DNA from: Antedon mediterranea
Taxonomy: Eukaryota > Animalia > Echinodermata
NCBI RefSeq assembly: GCF_964355755.1
Contig: NC_092675.1
Span: 29,732,912-29,796,911, forward strand
DNA: 64,000 nucleotides
Direction: 5' to 3'
The notes beneath the pieces were generated by a model. The model did not search any database. It saw only the letters and a program-made list of their open reading frames with translations, and was not told the DNA's origin. The translations under genes and the position numbers were made by a program. How positions within the stretch are numbered: the stretch's first letter is position 1; every line of letters begins with the position of its first letter. This document shows, one piece after another, positions 25,901 through 37,096 of this stretch.

Positions 25901-28900
25901 ACTTGTTCCAAGATTTACATCGATGTAAAATGCTTCTTTAGGTTCTTTACATGGTAAAAATTTATTTATAGTGTGAATTAGTTACTTAGTTAAGATTAAC
26001 TGTAAGATAAAATTTTAATTCTTACTTTGGAACTTGAGGAGTTTTTCTCTTCTTAACTTCCGTTACAACAGGTTTTGCTTTTCTTGATACTTTAGTGATG
26101 ACCTCTGTACCTTCCCCAGACTTGCTATAGATACTACTGCCCTCATCATCATCCTCATCATCTTGATATCTCCTCCCATGGTGTAAATCAAGTATGTGTA
26201 AGGGGAAACTATGAATGGGCGTGGTCCCTCTAGAAATAGCTGCTCTAGATGTTATACTCATGTCATCTTCATCATCACCCTCCATAAAGGCAGATGGCAA
26301 ACCTTCTGAAAACAAATTACTTCAATATACAGTAACAGTATATTACATCCATTAGGACACCCCTATTCAAGGGACACCACTATTAAAGGGACATCACTAT
26401 TAAGGGGGAAACCCCTATTCAGAGGACAAACCTATTAAGGGAGAGGGACATCCATATTAATAGAAGACCACTGCCACCCCCTCTCCCACCCCTATTAAGT
26501 CGACACTTTCCTGCCAAATGAGTGAGGTTCAATATAAGCTTTATCAGTTTGGCCAACCCTAATATTCAGTAATGACTACTAATGTGAATTGAGGGGCAAA
26601 ATATACTTTGTCACTTAACATTAAATGGTGCCTATTAATGGGACACAATTACACAACCATTAATTGAAATTAGTATTTATAAAGTCATACATTAAATAAA
26701 CATTATAAGGATGGATAAATATCTGCTTGAATATCAAGGTGTCTCTTCCTTAAATACTCACCATCCAATGCCAGATCACTCTCTGTCAGAAGTCCTGACA
26801 TCACAGAGGAGTCACAGCTATTGTCACCACCCAGCAAGCTAAGAATGGGAGGCGAGTCTGGCATAGTTGGAGCGCCACCGAGTGAACTCTCGCTGCCATT
26901 AAAACTCTCTCTACTCATATCTTCAAGATCAAATTCTCCAATCATGCGTGTTCGTACCTCCTCTAGTTTAGCTTTTCGAATGTCCTTTGCTTCCTACAAG
27001 AAATCAGTGAAATAAATGAAATGGAAGTGAAAACGATTAACTAGATAAATATAGATCATGAAGGAGAACAACCCATTTGATTTGTTTAAACACAATATAG
27101 TAGTATTATATACTGTATAGTATATAAGTAGTTTTGAATCAGCTCATGTAGGCAAAAGTGCAATCCTTGAAGTTAAATTGACTCTGAATTCAATGCACTC
27201 TTTTGACCTGCTATTTCTTAGCTGTCATTATTTTTTATAATAAACAAAACTATGTATACCACCACTAATACACATTAGAACAAAAAAATATTTAAAAAAA
27301 CATAAAATTGTCGCTGACCTGAGTTCTAGATCGTTTCTCTTTCAATTCAATTGCGGATTCAAATGACGATCCCCTCTTGCGATTGCGCAACCCTTCTACC
27401 TTGATTGTGGGGTCAAAGATCATGCGGGGCTTTCTCACAGGTAGTGGTTTAGCATTTGATAGTGCTGCACAGAAAAAAATGAAAAAACAATGACATAAAT
27501 GATTTTGACATAATATAAGTTTTTCCCTGTCATTTCAATGGTTAATTTTGTATCATATGTCCTTAAGTACTAGTTCTATTGCATGGTAAAAGTTCTAACT
27601 AATTGTTCTATTTAATGGTTCTGTTAAACAAGAGCTCTTTGTAAAGATTTTTGGAATGTTGTGCAACGCAAGTCTCTTGCCTCTCAAAAATTCGAAAATC
27701 ACCATGTGCTGTCTATTTCATTATCTGTTCTACTCCAGGTCATCCATAATCCAAGTGATACCTTTTTAATTGCCTAGCTTTCTGTCTAACCTTTGACATA
27801 TTGATTAAAGATGGAAGCAGTGATTAAATTGAATAAAAGGTTAGTTTAGAACCTTATTTGTGTATGTAAATAATGAATGTTTGAATGAAATATTTTCATT
27901 TCTTGACTAATCAACTCGTCTTTGTCTCGCTAATTCTTACTGGTAGCATCAGCTTTGATGACAGGTGGCTTGTTTTCAATCAGAGCCCACCAACCAGATT
28001 CTCCAAACTCTGCAGCTCCTGAACGGAACCATTGTTTGTTACCGACAGACAGAACACCAGCTACTGTACCATGCCAGGTTTGACTTCTGGGTCTGGAAAA
28101 TATAAGTTTCTTTCTTTATAAAATTGCCATCAAACTATACAGAACACCAAGAGAGTAATAATAAATAATAAAAACAAAAAAACCTACATAAAAACCACTC
28201 ACTAAAAATAGACTTAGCAAATTCTATATTTTGGTGGTTAATTCTGATACAAAAACAAGGCTATATACATGGCTGCAGTCGTGTGCGAAAATTTAAGTTA
28301 GTGTTTACCAACCAAACGACCGACATAGTGAGCTGTAGAGTCACGACTAAAAATAGATGAGAAAAGGCTTGGTTGTAAATGACACTTCCACAAATATCAA
28401 ATTCTTACCTATTACCAAATAGCAGATTCCAATTTTTACCAATGAAATCACAGACGTCCTCCTTCCAGCGGAAGAAGCCTCGTCTACCACTTCTTTGGAG
28501 GCTTAGGTTGTATAGGGTCAGGATTACTACTTGTTGCCTATGAATGAAGTTAGGGAGAAATTCAGGTAAAGTTTTTGGTAATTGGAAGAATCCATTTTAA
28601 TATATTTGTATTTGTATATTTTGCACAATTTTTAACTGGGTTAACTTACCATGTTAGTCTCAGACGTTCAACATCTTCTTGGCCTTCTGGTGCGCAGTTA
28701 CAACACACCAACTTGAAAAAACTATCTCCCTCTAACGACGTTGGAGCTCCTGATTTTAAGCACTCTTAAAAGAGAAAATAAAATGATCTGTTATTTCTAA
28801 AAGTGGCCATTTTAATTTACATAAAAGTTTTACATAACTATACAGAAACTCTCTTTTTCTCTACTGGTGAAAAATATATGAATACAAGAAACTAATTTGC

Positions 28901-31900
28901 TGCTATAAACCATGATTAAAGGAATATGGTACAAAGTGGTAATAGTATAATTGCATACATGCCAACATCTGCAGTTAAAAAAATAGGAGGGGTGTTTTTT
29001 TTTTGTCTATCTATTATATACAATGGCATACATTTGTGTTGGTCTGTATGTAATTGGTACAAGTTTGAAGATGCTCAACTTGCTATTCACTTAGCTTATA
29101 TTGTCAGTAGTTGTCTTTGATGTGTCGTGTCAAAATCATTCTGTGCGTGCACAGTTTTTCGACTTGGCTGCTATGTAGGAGAACCACCTTGTTTTTTTTT
29201 ATTGCTGACCCATTCTGAGGTGGTGATACCCACCGAGGTGATACCCACCGAGGTGATACCCACCGAGGTGATACCCACCGAGGTGATACCCACCGAAATG
29301 AAAGTGTCTTTTACATTCTTCACATTGCAACTGTACACTTTCTTTAGTATTATCACCACAATAACAAATACTTTGTTCTGATGCACTTTCATTTTCCTCC
29401 TTTACAGGATCCATCTTTCCAACCTCCTCATCTTTTCTCTCTTGATCTGTTTGTTTCTCTGGTGGTGGTGGTGCACAGGTGCCAGGACTTGTGTCCATTG
29501 AAACAACATCAATCTCGTCATTTTCACCCTGAAATTAAATTGTTTTATAAATCTTGGAACATATTTCTGGTTTCTAAATACCGACCTCTCTTGATATTAA
29601 TTGTGGGAGTGTCCTGATAATGATATCTTCAGTCATCTTCCGCGACTCCCGCTACAATTCGATTTCTTGTGATATTTTGGATAAGCAAAAAAAAAACATT
29701 TCACTCAATTATAAACAGATCACAGACCAATATAAGAATCTAGCAGTACTGTATGGAACGCCTCCTCTGCCTTCAGTTCACATTTATCATGCAGTACACA
29801 CCAATCGTAATGCAGTACACACCAATCGTCATGCAGTACACACCAATCGTCATGCAGTACACACCAATCGTCATGCAGTACACACCAAACATCATGCAGT
29901 ACACACCAATCGTCATGCAGTACACACCAATCGTCATGCAGTACACACCAATCGTCATGCAGTACACACCAATGGTCATGCAGTACACACCAATTGTCAT
30001 GCAGTACACACCAATCGTCGTTCACATTTATCATGCAGTACACACCAATCGTCATGCAGTACACACCAATCGTCATGCAGTACACACCAATCGTCATGCA
30101 GTACACACCAAACATCATGCAGTACACACCAATTGTCATGCAGTACACACCAATCGTCATGCAGTACACACCAATCGTCATGCAGTCAAATATTGCGTAA
30201 TTTATACCGCCACCTATCGACAAAATCGAATATCACGTGAGTTTTATTAGACGGCTGTAAAACTAAGACTATTTAAACTTCTTTTATGGAATTCAATAAT
30301 TGCAATGGCCTCCTAGCCTATGGAACGCCTCCTCTGCCTTCAGTTCACAATGGTCATGCAGTACACACCAGTCGTCATGCAGTACACACCAATGGTCATG
30401 CAGTACACACCAATGGTCATGCAGTACACACCAATGGTCATGCAGTACACACCAATCGTCGTTCACATTTATCATGCAGTACACACCAATGGTCATGCAG
30501 TACACACCAATCGTCATGCAGTACACACCAATGGTCATGCAGTACACATCAATCGTCATGCAGTACACACCAAACATCATGCAGTACACACCAATTGTCA
30601 TGCAGTACACACCAAACATCATGCAGTACACACCAATGGTCATGCAGTACACATCAATTGTCATGCAGTACACACCAATCGTCATGCAGTGAAATATTGC
30701 CTAATTTATACCGCCACCTATCGACAAAATCGAATATCACGTGACCTTTATTAGACGGCTGTAAAACTAGGCCATCGACTCTAAGATTTCTTTTATGTTT
30801 GACATACTGTACTTATTTTAACCGCTACACATCTCTGTGAATGCTCTGTTTTTTATATATACAATAATTTATTATGCGAGACACAGGCGCGGCTAGGAGG
30901 CCATTGCAATTATTGAATTCCATAAAAGAAGTTTAAATAGTCTTAGTTTTACAGCCGTCTAATAAACCTCACGTGATATTCGATTTTGTCGATAGGTGGC
31001 GGTATAAATTACGCAATATTTGACTGCATGACGATTGGTGTGTACTGCATGACGATTGGTGTGTACTGCATGACAATTGGTGTGTACTGCATGATGATTG
31101 GTGTGTACTGCATGACGATTGGTGTGTACTGCATGACGATTGGTGTGTACTGCATGATAAATGTGAACGACGATTGGTGTGTACTGCATGACAATTGGTG
31201 TGTACTGCATGACCATTGGTGTGTACTGCATGACGATTGGTGTGTACTGCATGACGATTGGTGTGTACTGCATGACGATTGGTGTGTACTGCATGATGTT
31301 TGGTGTGTACTGCATGACGATTGGTGTGTACTGCATGATGATTGGTGTGTACTGCATGACCATTGGTGTGTACTGCATGACGATTGGTGTGTACTGCATG
31401 ACGATTGGTGTGTACTGCATGATAAATGTGAACTGAAGGCAGAGGAGGCGTTCCATACTAGCCGCGCCTGTGTCTCGCATAATAAATTATTGTATATATA
31501 AAAAACAGAGCATTCAAAGAGATGTGTAGTATGGAACGCCTCCTCTGCCTTCAGTTCACATTTGTCATGCAGTACACACCAATGGTCATGCAGTACACAC
31601 CAATCGTCATGCAGTACACACCAAACATCATGCAGTACACACCAATCGTCATGCAGTACACACCAAACATCATGCAGTACACACCAATCGTCATGCAGTA
31701 CACACCAATCGTCATGCAGTACACACCAATGGTCATGCAGTACACACCAATGGTCATGCAGTACACACCAATCGTCATGCAGTACACACCAATCGTCATG
31801 CAGTACACACCAATCGTCATGCAGTCAAATATTGCGTAATTTATACCGCCACCTATCGACAAAATCGAATATCACGTGACGTTTATTAGACGGCTGTAAA

Positions 31901-34900
31901 ACTAGCTATTCAAACATTATACTACAGCAATATGGAACGCCTCCTCTGCCTTCAGTTCACATTTATCATGCAGTACACACCAATCGTCATGCAGTACACA
32001 CCAATCGTCATGCAGTACACACCAATGGTCATGCAGTACACACCAATCGTCATGCAGTACACACCAATCGTCATGCAGTACACACCAAACATCATGCAGT
32101 ACACACCAATCGTCATGCAGTACACACCAATCGTCATGCAGTACACACCAATGGTCATGCAGTACACACCAATTGTCATGCAGTACACACCAATCGTCGT
32201 TCACATTTATCATGCAGTACACACCAATCGTCATGCAGTACACACCAATCGTCATGCAGTACACACCAAACATTATGCAGTACACACCAATTGTCATGCA
32301 GTACACACCAATCGTCATGCAGTCAAATATTGCGTAATTTATACCGCCACCTATCGACAAAATCGAATATCACGTGAGGTTTATTAGACGGCTGTAAAAC
32401 TAAGACTATTTAAACTTCTTTTATGGAATTCAATAATTGCAATGGCCTCCTAGCCGCGCCTGTGTCTCGCATAGTAAATTATTGTACATATAAAAAACAG
32501 AGCATTCACAGAGATGTGTAGCGGTTAAAATAAGTACAGTATGTCAAACATAAAAGAAATCTTAGAGTCGATGGCCTAGTTTTACAGCCGTCTAATAAAC
32601 GTCACGTGATATTCGATTTTGTCGATAGGTGGCGGTATAAATTACGCAATATTTCACTGCATGACGATTGGTGTGTACTGCATGACGATTGGTGTGTACT
32701 GCATGACAATTGGTGTGTACTGCATGACCATTGGTGTGTACTGCATGATGTTTGGTGTGTACTGCATGACGATTGGTGTGTACTGCATGATGTTTGGTGT
32801 GTACTGCATGACGATTGGTGTGTACTGCATGACCATTGGTGTGTACTGCATGACCATTGGTGTGTACTGCATGATAAATGTGAACGACGATTGGTGTGTA
32901 CTGCATGACCATTGGTATGTACTGCATGACCATTGGTGTGTACTGCATGACCATTGATGTGTACTGCATGACGATTGGTGTGTACTGCATGACCATTGTG
33001 AACTGAAGGCAGAGGAGGCGTTCCATACAGCAACTCACGCATGTCTACTACTACACCGCACGTGCTTTATGACTAAAATGGCTGGAAAAACTATTAAATA
33101 AATCTTGGAATCTTTAGGACGTAAAGCACGTGCGGTGTAGTAGTAGACTATGGAACGCCTCCTCTGCCTTCAGTTCACATTTATCATGCAGTACACACCA
33201 ATCGTCATGCAGTACACACCAATCGTCATGCAGTACACACCAATGGTCATGCAGTACACACCAATCGTCATGCAGTACACACCAATCGTCATGCAGTACA
33301 CACCAAACATCATGCAGTACACACCAATCGTCATGCAGTACACACCAATCGTCATGCAGTACACACCAATGGTCATGCAGTACACACCAATTGTCATGCA
33401 GTACACACCAATCGTCGTTCACATTTATCATGCAGTACACACCAATCGTCATGCAGTACACACCAATCGTCATGCAGTACACACCAAACATTATGCAGTA
33501 CACACCAATTGTCATGCAGTACACACCAATCGTCATGCAGTCAAATCTTGCGTAATTTATACCGCCACCTATCGACAAAATCGAATATCACGTGAGGTTT
33601 ATTAGACGGCTGTAAAACTAAGACTATTTAAACTTCTTTTATGGAATTCAATAATTGCAATGGCCTCCTAGCCGCGCCTGTGTCTCGCATAGTAAATTAT
33701 TGTACATATAAAAAACAGAGCATTCACAGAGATGTGTAGCGGTTAAAATAAGTACAGTATGTCAAACATAAAAGAAATCTTAGAGTCGATGGCCTAGTTT
33801 TACAGCCGTCTAATAAACGTCACGTGATATTCGATTTTGTCGATAGGTGGCGGTATAAATTACGCAATATTTCACTGCATGACGATTGGTGTGTACTGCA
33901 TGACGATTGGTGTGTACTGCATGACAATTGGTGTGTACTGCATGACCATTGGTGTGTACTGCATGATGTTTGGTGTGTACTGCATGACGATTGGTGTGTA
34001 CTGCATGATGTTTGGTGTGTACTGCATGACGATTGGTGTGTACTGCATGACCATTGGTGTGTACTGCATGACCATTGGTGTGTACTGCATGATAAATGTG
34101 AACGACGATTGGTGTGTACTGCATGACCATTGGTATGTACTGCATGACCATTGGTGTGTACTGCATGACCATTGGTGTGTACTGCATGACCATTGGTGTG
34201 TACTGCATGACCATTGTGAACTGAAGGCAGAGGAGGCGTTCCATAGTAGACAGCGTGAGTTGCTGTAGTATAAAGTTTGTATATAGCCTTAGTTTTACAG
34301 CCGTCTAATAAAAGTCACGTGATATTCGATTTTTTCGATAGGTGGCGGTATAAATTACGCAATATTTGACTGCATGACGATTGGTGTGTACTGCATGACG
34401 ATTGGTGTGTACTGCATGACGATTGGTGTGTACTGCATGACGATTGGTGTGTACTGCATGACCATTGGTGTGTACTGCATGACAATTGGTGTGTACTGCA
34501 TGACAATTGGTGTGTACTGCATGACGATTGGTGTGTACTGCATGACGATTGGTGTGTACTGCATGACGATTGGTGTGTACTGCATGACCATTGGTGTGTA
34601 CTGCATGACCATTGGTGTGTACTGCATGACCATTGGTGTGTACTGCATGACCATTGGTGTGTACTGCATGATAAATGTGAACTGAAGGCAGAGGAGGCGT
34701 TCCATAGTGTAGCGGTTAAAATAAGTACAGTATGTCAAACATAAAAGAAATCTTAGAGTCGATGGCCTAGTTTTACAGCCGTCTAATAAACGTCACGTGA
34801 TATTCGATTTTGTCGATAGGTGGCGGTATAAATTACGCAATATTTCACTGCATGACGATTGGTGTGTACTGCATGACGATTGGTGTGTACTGCATGACAA

Positions 34901-35783
34901 TTGGTGTGTACTGCATGACCATTGGTGTGTACTGCATGATGTTTGGTGTGTACTGCATGATGTTTGGTGTGTACTGCATGATGTTTGGTGTGTACTGCAT
35001 GACGATTGGTGTGTACTGCATGATGTTTGGTGTGTACTGCATGACGATTGGTGTGTACTGCATGACCATTGGTGTGTACTGCATGACGATTGGTGTGTAC
35101 TGCATGACCATTGGTGTGTACTGCATGATAAATGTGAACGACGATTGGTGTGTACTGCATGACCATTGGTGTGTACTGCATGACCATTGGTGTGTACTGC
35201 ATGACCATTGGTGTGTACTGCATGACCATTGGTGTGTACTGCATGACCATTGTGAACTGAAGGCAGAGGAGGCGTTCCATAGTACTGTAGTCTGTAGTTA
35301 GTAAGTAGTAGAAATTATATACATTTTACATATCTGAAGATTGTTAATTTTATCCAAAAATATTGGGATAAATTGCATTTTTGCAGGAAAGCGGGAAACT
35401 GACTTCCACCATTATATTAATTAGGAGGAAAGTTGGGAGGTCGGGATGGAGGTATTCAAAACTTTTTATTTATTATTTAGACTAGCCTAGGATGATGATA
35501 TGGCTGCAAACAAGTTTTTTCAGGGCTGGTGCAGAGGGATACGCTGCAGGGGGATCCGCTGCAGGGGGCTGACACAATAAACACACTACAGAACAGTGTA
35601 GACTACAGTACACACATAGACATACTGCTGCTGCATGCTGCACACATCAAATGACTGTTTATCACATCGCCTAGTTATAAATGTCGAAGTTACTATTTCT
35701 ATCTATATACTATATGTTTTATATATAATTTCCATTATTTACTATTTTACCTGATCGCCACTAGTTCGGTTGATTTCCGACAT
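22977..35783 (-). CDS. KAT14: Lysine acetyltransferase 14 / CSRP2-binding protein (ATAC subunit), multi-exon
   Basis: Exons include 29295-29528, 28650-28764 (GDSFFKLVCCNC...ERLRLTW), 28409-28537 (QQVVILTLYNLSL...FRWKEDVCDFI), 27941-28092, 27319-27464 (ELKEKRSRTQ), GNAT exons (PIDYCYVRPQHIP, FLFVHPEWRGAGIATFMVYHLIQ) and a last exon ending HAFLLRLKR* at 22977. The first coding exon is uncertain: best candidate 35751-35783 (MSEINRTSGDQ|GTAAAA), alternative ~29586-29636. Confidence 0.93.
24590..24820. repeat. Degenerate inverted-repeat (MITE-like) element in a KAT14 intron
   Basis: CAAGGCAATC...CAGGATGCTGAG versus CTCAGTGTCCTG...GATTGCCTTG; inner TGGCTGC/GCAGCCA pair. Confidence 0.5.
25105..25340 (-). 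mobile_element. LINE 3' end, near-identical to ~60720-60938
   Basis: Reverse complement of the 3' UTR and A-rich tail seen at 60.7-60.9 kb. Confidence 0.85.
29217..29296 (-). repeat. 15-bp tandem repeat containing a KAT14 splice donor, about 5 copies
   Basis: (CGGTGGGTATCACCT)n on the - strand, starting at the exon end 29295. Confidence 0.9.
30319..31457 (-). mobile_element. Foldback transposon B (1139 bp), inverted, inserted in the spacer of A
   Basis: TSD CTAGCC at 30313-30318 and 31458-31463; its spacer is the reverse complement of the A/D/E spacer. Confidence 0.93.
31931..33027 (+). mobile_element. Foldback transposon D (1097 bp), inserted in the spacer of C
   Basis: TSD CAGCAA at 31925-31930 and 33028-33033; left arm 472 bp, spacer 174 bp, right arm 451 bp. 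Confidence 0.93.
33149..34245 (+). mobile_element. Foldback transposon E (1097 bp, near-identical to D), inserted in the spacer of C
   Basis: TSD GTAGAC at 33143-33148 and 34246-34251. Confidence 0.93.
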
Positions 35784-36802
35784 AATTGCTAAGCTTACAC
35801 GGTTACACCTGGTAGCCTCCTCTGGTTTTTTTGTTGACGGGAGGCAGAGAATACTATCGCGGAGCTAGCTCACTGCAGAGTGACTCGACCTCGAGCACAG
35901 CCAAAGTGAGCCCTCTATAGTCCAGAAAGTTGTCAGAAATAAATTGAATCAAGTCACAAAAAATTCTATTCTAGTTCTCAACTATTTAATTATCACAACA
36001 ATCATTAATGTACATTATTAAATTATTGTCACACAACATTTATACAATTTCATTTCTGTATCGAATCTTAATAAATAAATTGTACAAACTACATCTGTGT
36101 ATCCTACACAGAAATCTTTATTGCAATTTTGAAATATTTTGATTTGAATTTCTATAAACATATCAATGAAATGTAACAGTAGGTAGGCATGAGGAAGGAG
36201 AGAAGGAATGATAATACTATAATACTTTAGAAAGCCATGTCAAGGTGAATGCAGTGACAGAAGCAGCTAAAATACAAACTTTCTAAAGGTGCATTGGAAA
36301 TGAAAATACGGTATAGTAATGAGTTTTGAATCCTCATGACCCGGCATTCTTCTTATCTTAGGGCCTGTTCAGACCTACAGAGTTATGCTCTCATATTGTA
36401 CATGGAGTACAACTCAATAGGTCTGACCCAAAAAAAATTATTGGAAGCCACCTCTTACGACACGATCTTTCGTTTGTTATGACAGCTCAAGGTACAAGAA
36501 TAGTGTATCGATGCAAAGTCATGCATCAAAGATTTTTAACTTTAACCAATCAAATTTACTCCTGCATACCAGATTTGACCAAATCGGTGACCTAAAGTTT
36601 CAAATGAAAGCGTTAGTTAGGCAAATCTAAAAACTTTTCTGTTACGACGCTAATTATAATATGACATTGCTTGCGATATGAAAGCATAACTCCATGGATC
36701 TGAACATACCCTTATATACATTATGTACATAGCCAAGAATGTAAACTCGAAAAATTTATTTTTACTGATGTGGGGTTCTAAGGCAGTAGACTAAACTTGT
36801 CA

Positions 36803-37020
36803 CACTTGCACTAAGTATCTGACGTAATGACTATCACCTTATCTCCTTTCATCAGACCATTCTAGTACTATTGTTAGTACAGCGGTACCATACATCTAGC
36901 CTAAACCAATCACTTGCACTAAGTATCTGAAGTAATGACTATCACCTTATCTCCTTTCATCAGACCATTCTAGTACTATTGTTAGTACAGCGGTACCATA
37001 CATCTAGCCTAAACCAATCA
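36803..37020. repeat. ~110-bp tandem duplication downstream of the IFT74 stop (likely 3' UTR)
   Basis: CACTTGCACTAAGTATCTGA...CCTAAACCAATCA occurs twice. Confidence 0.9.
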
Positions 37021-37096
37021 TTGTCTGTAGGTTTCCTATGCTGTTTTACTCTGTGCTCTGATACTTCTTATCAAAATCATTGTTATGTGAGTGTTT

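Larger units (their letters stand above)
31530..34706. mobile_element. Foldback transposon C (971 bp without inserts; different, self-complementary spacer), inserted in the spacer of A
   Basis: TSD GTGTAG at 31524-31529 and 34707-34712; arms 31530-31904 and 34290-34706. Confidence 0.92.
29752..35281 (+). mobile_element. Foldback TIR transposon A (outer host; 1202 bp once inserts are removed), IS3EU-like ends
   Basis: TATGGAACGCCTCC...GGAGGCGTTCCATA; TSD GTACTG at 29746-29751 and 35282-35287; arms contain 21-bp TCATGCAGTACACACCAATCG arrays. Confidence 0.93.

Noticed and set aside
29752-35281. CRISPR-like array
   Set aside because: Repeats are directly adjacent with no unique spacers, there are no cas genes, the context is eukaryotic and the TSDs explain the structure.
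29620-35301. Dozens of ORFs (MQYTPIV, HAVHTNR, CSTHQSS and MTIGVYC repeats)
   Set aside because: Artefacts of a stop-free 21-bp repeat that is open in all six frames inside transposon arms.
29586-35900. PET117 upstream of KAT14, as in the human locus
   Set aside because: No convincing PET117-like reading frame found; only a weak RIVAGVAEDD resemblance that ends in a stop.
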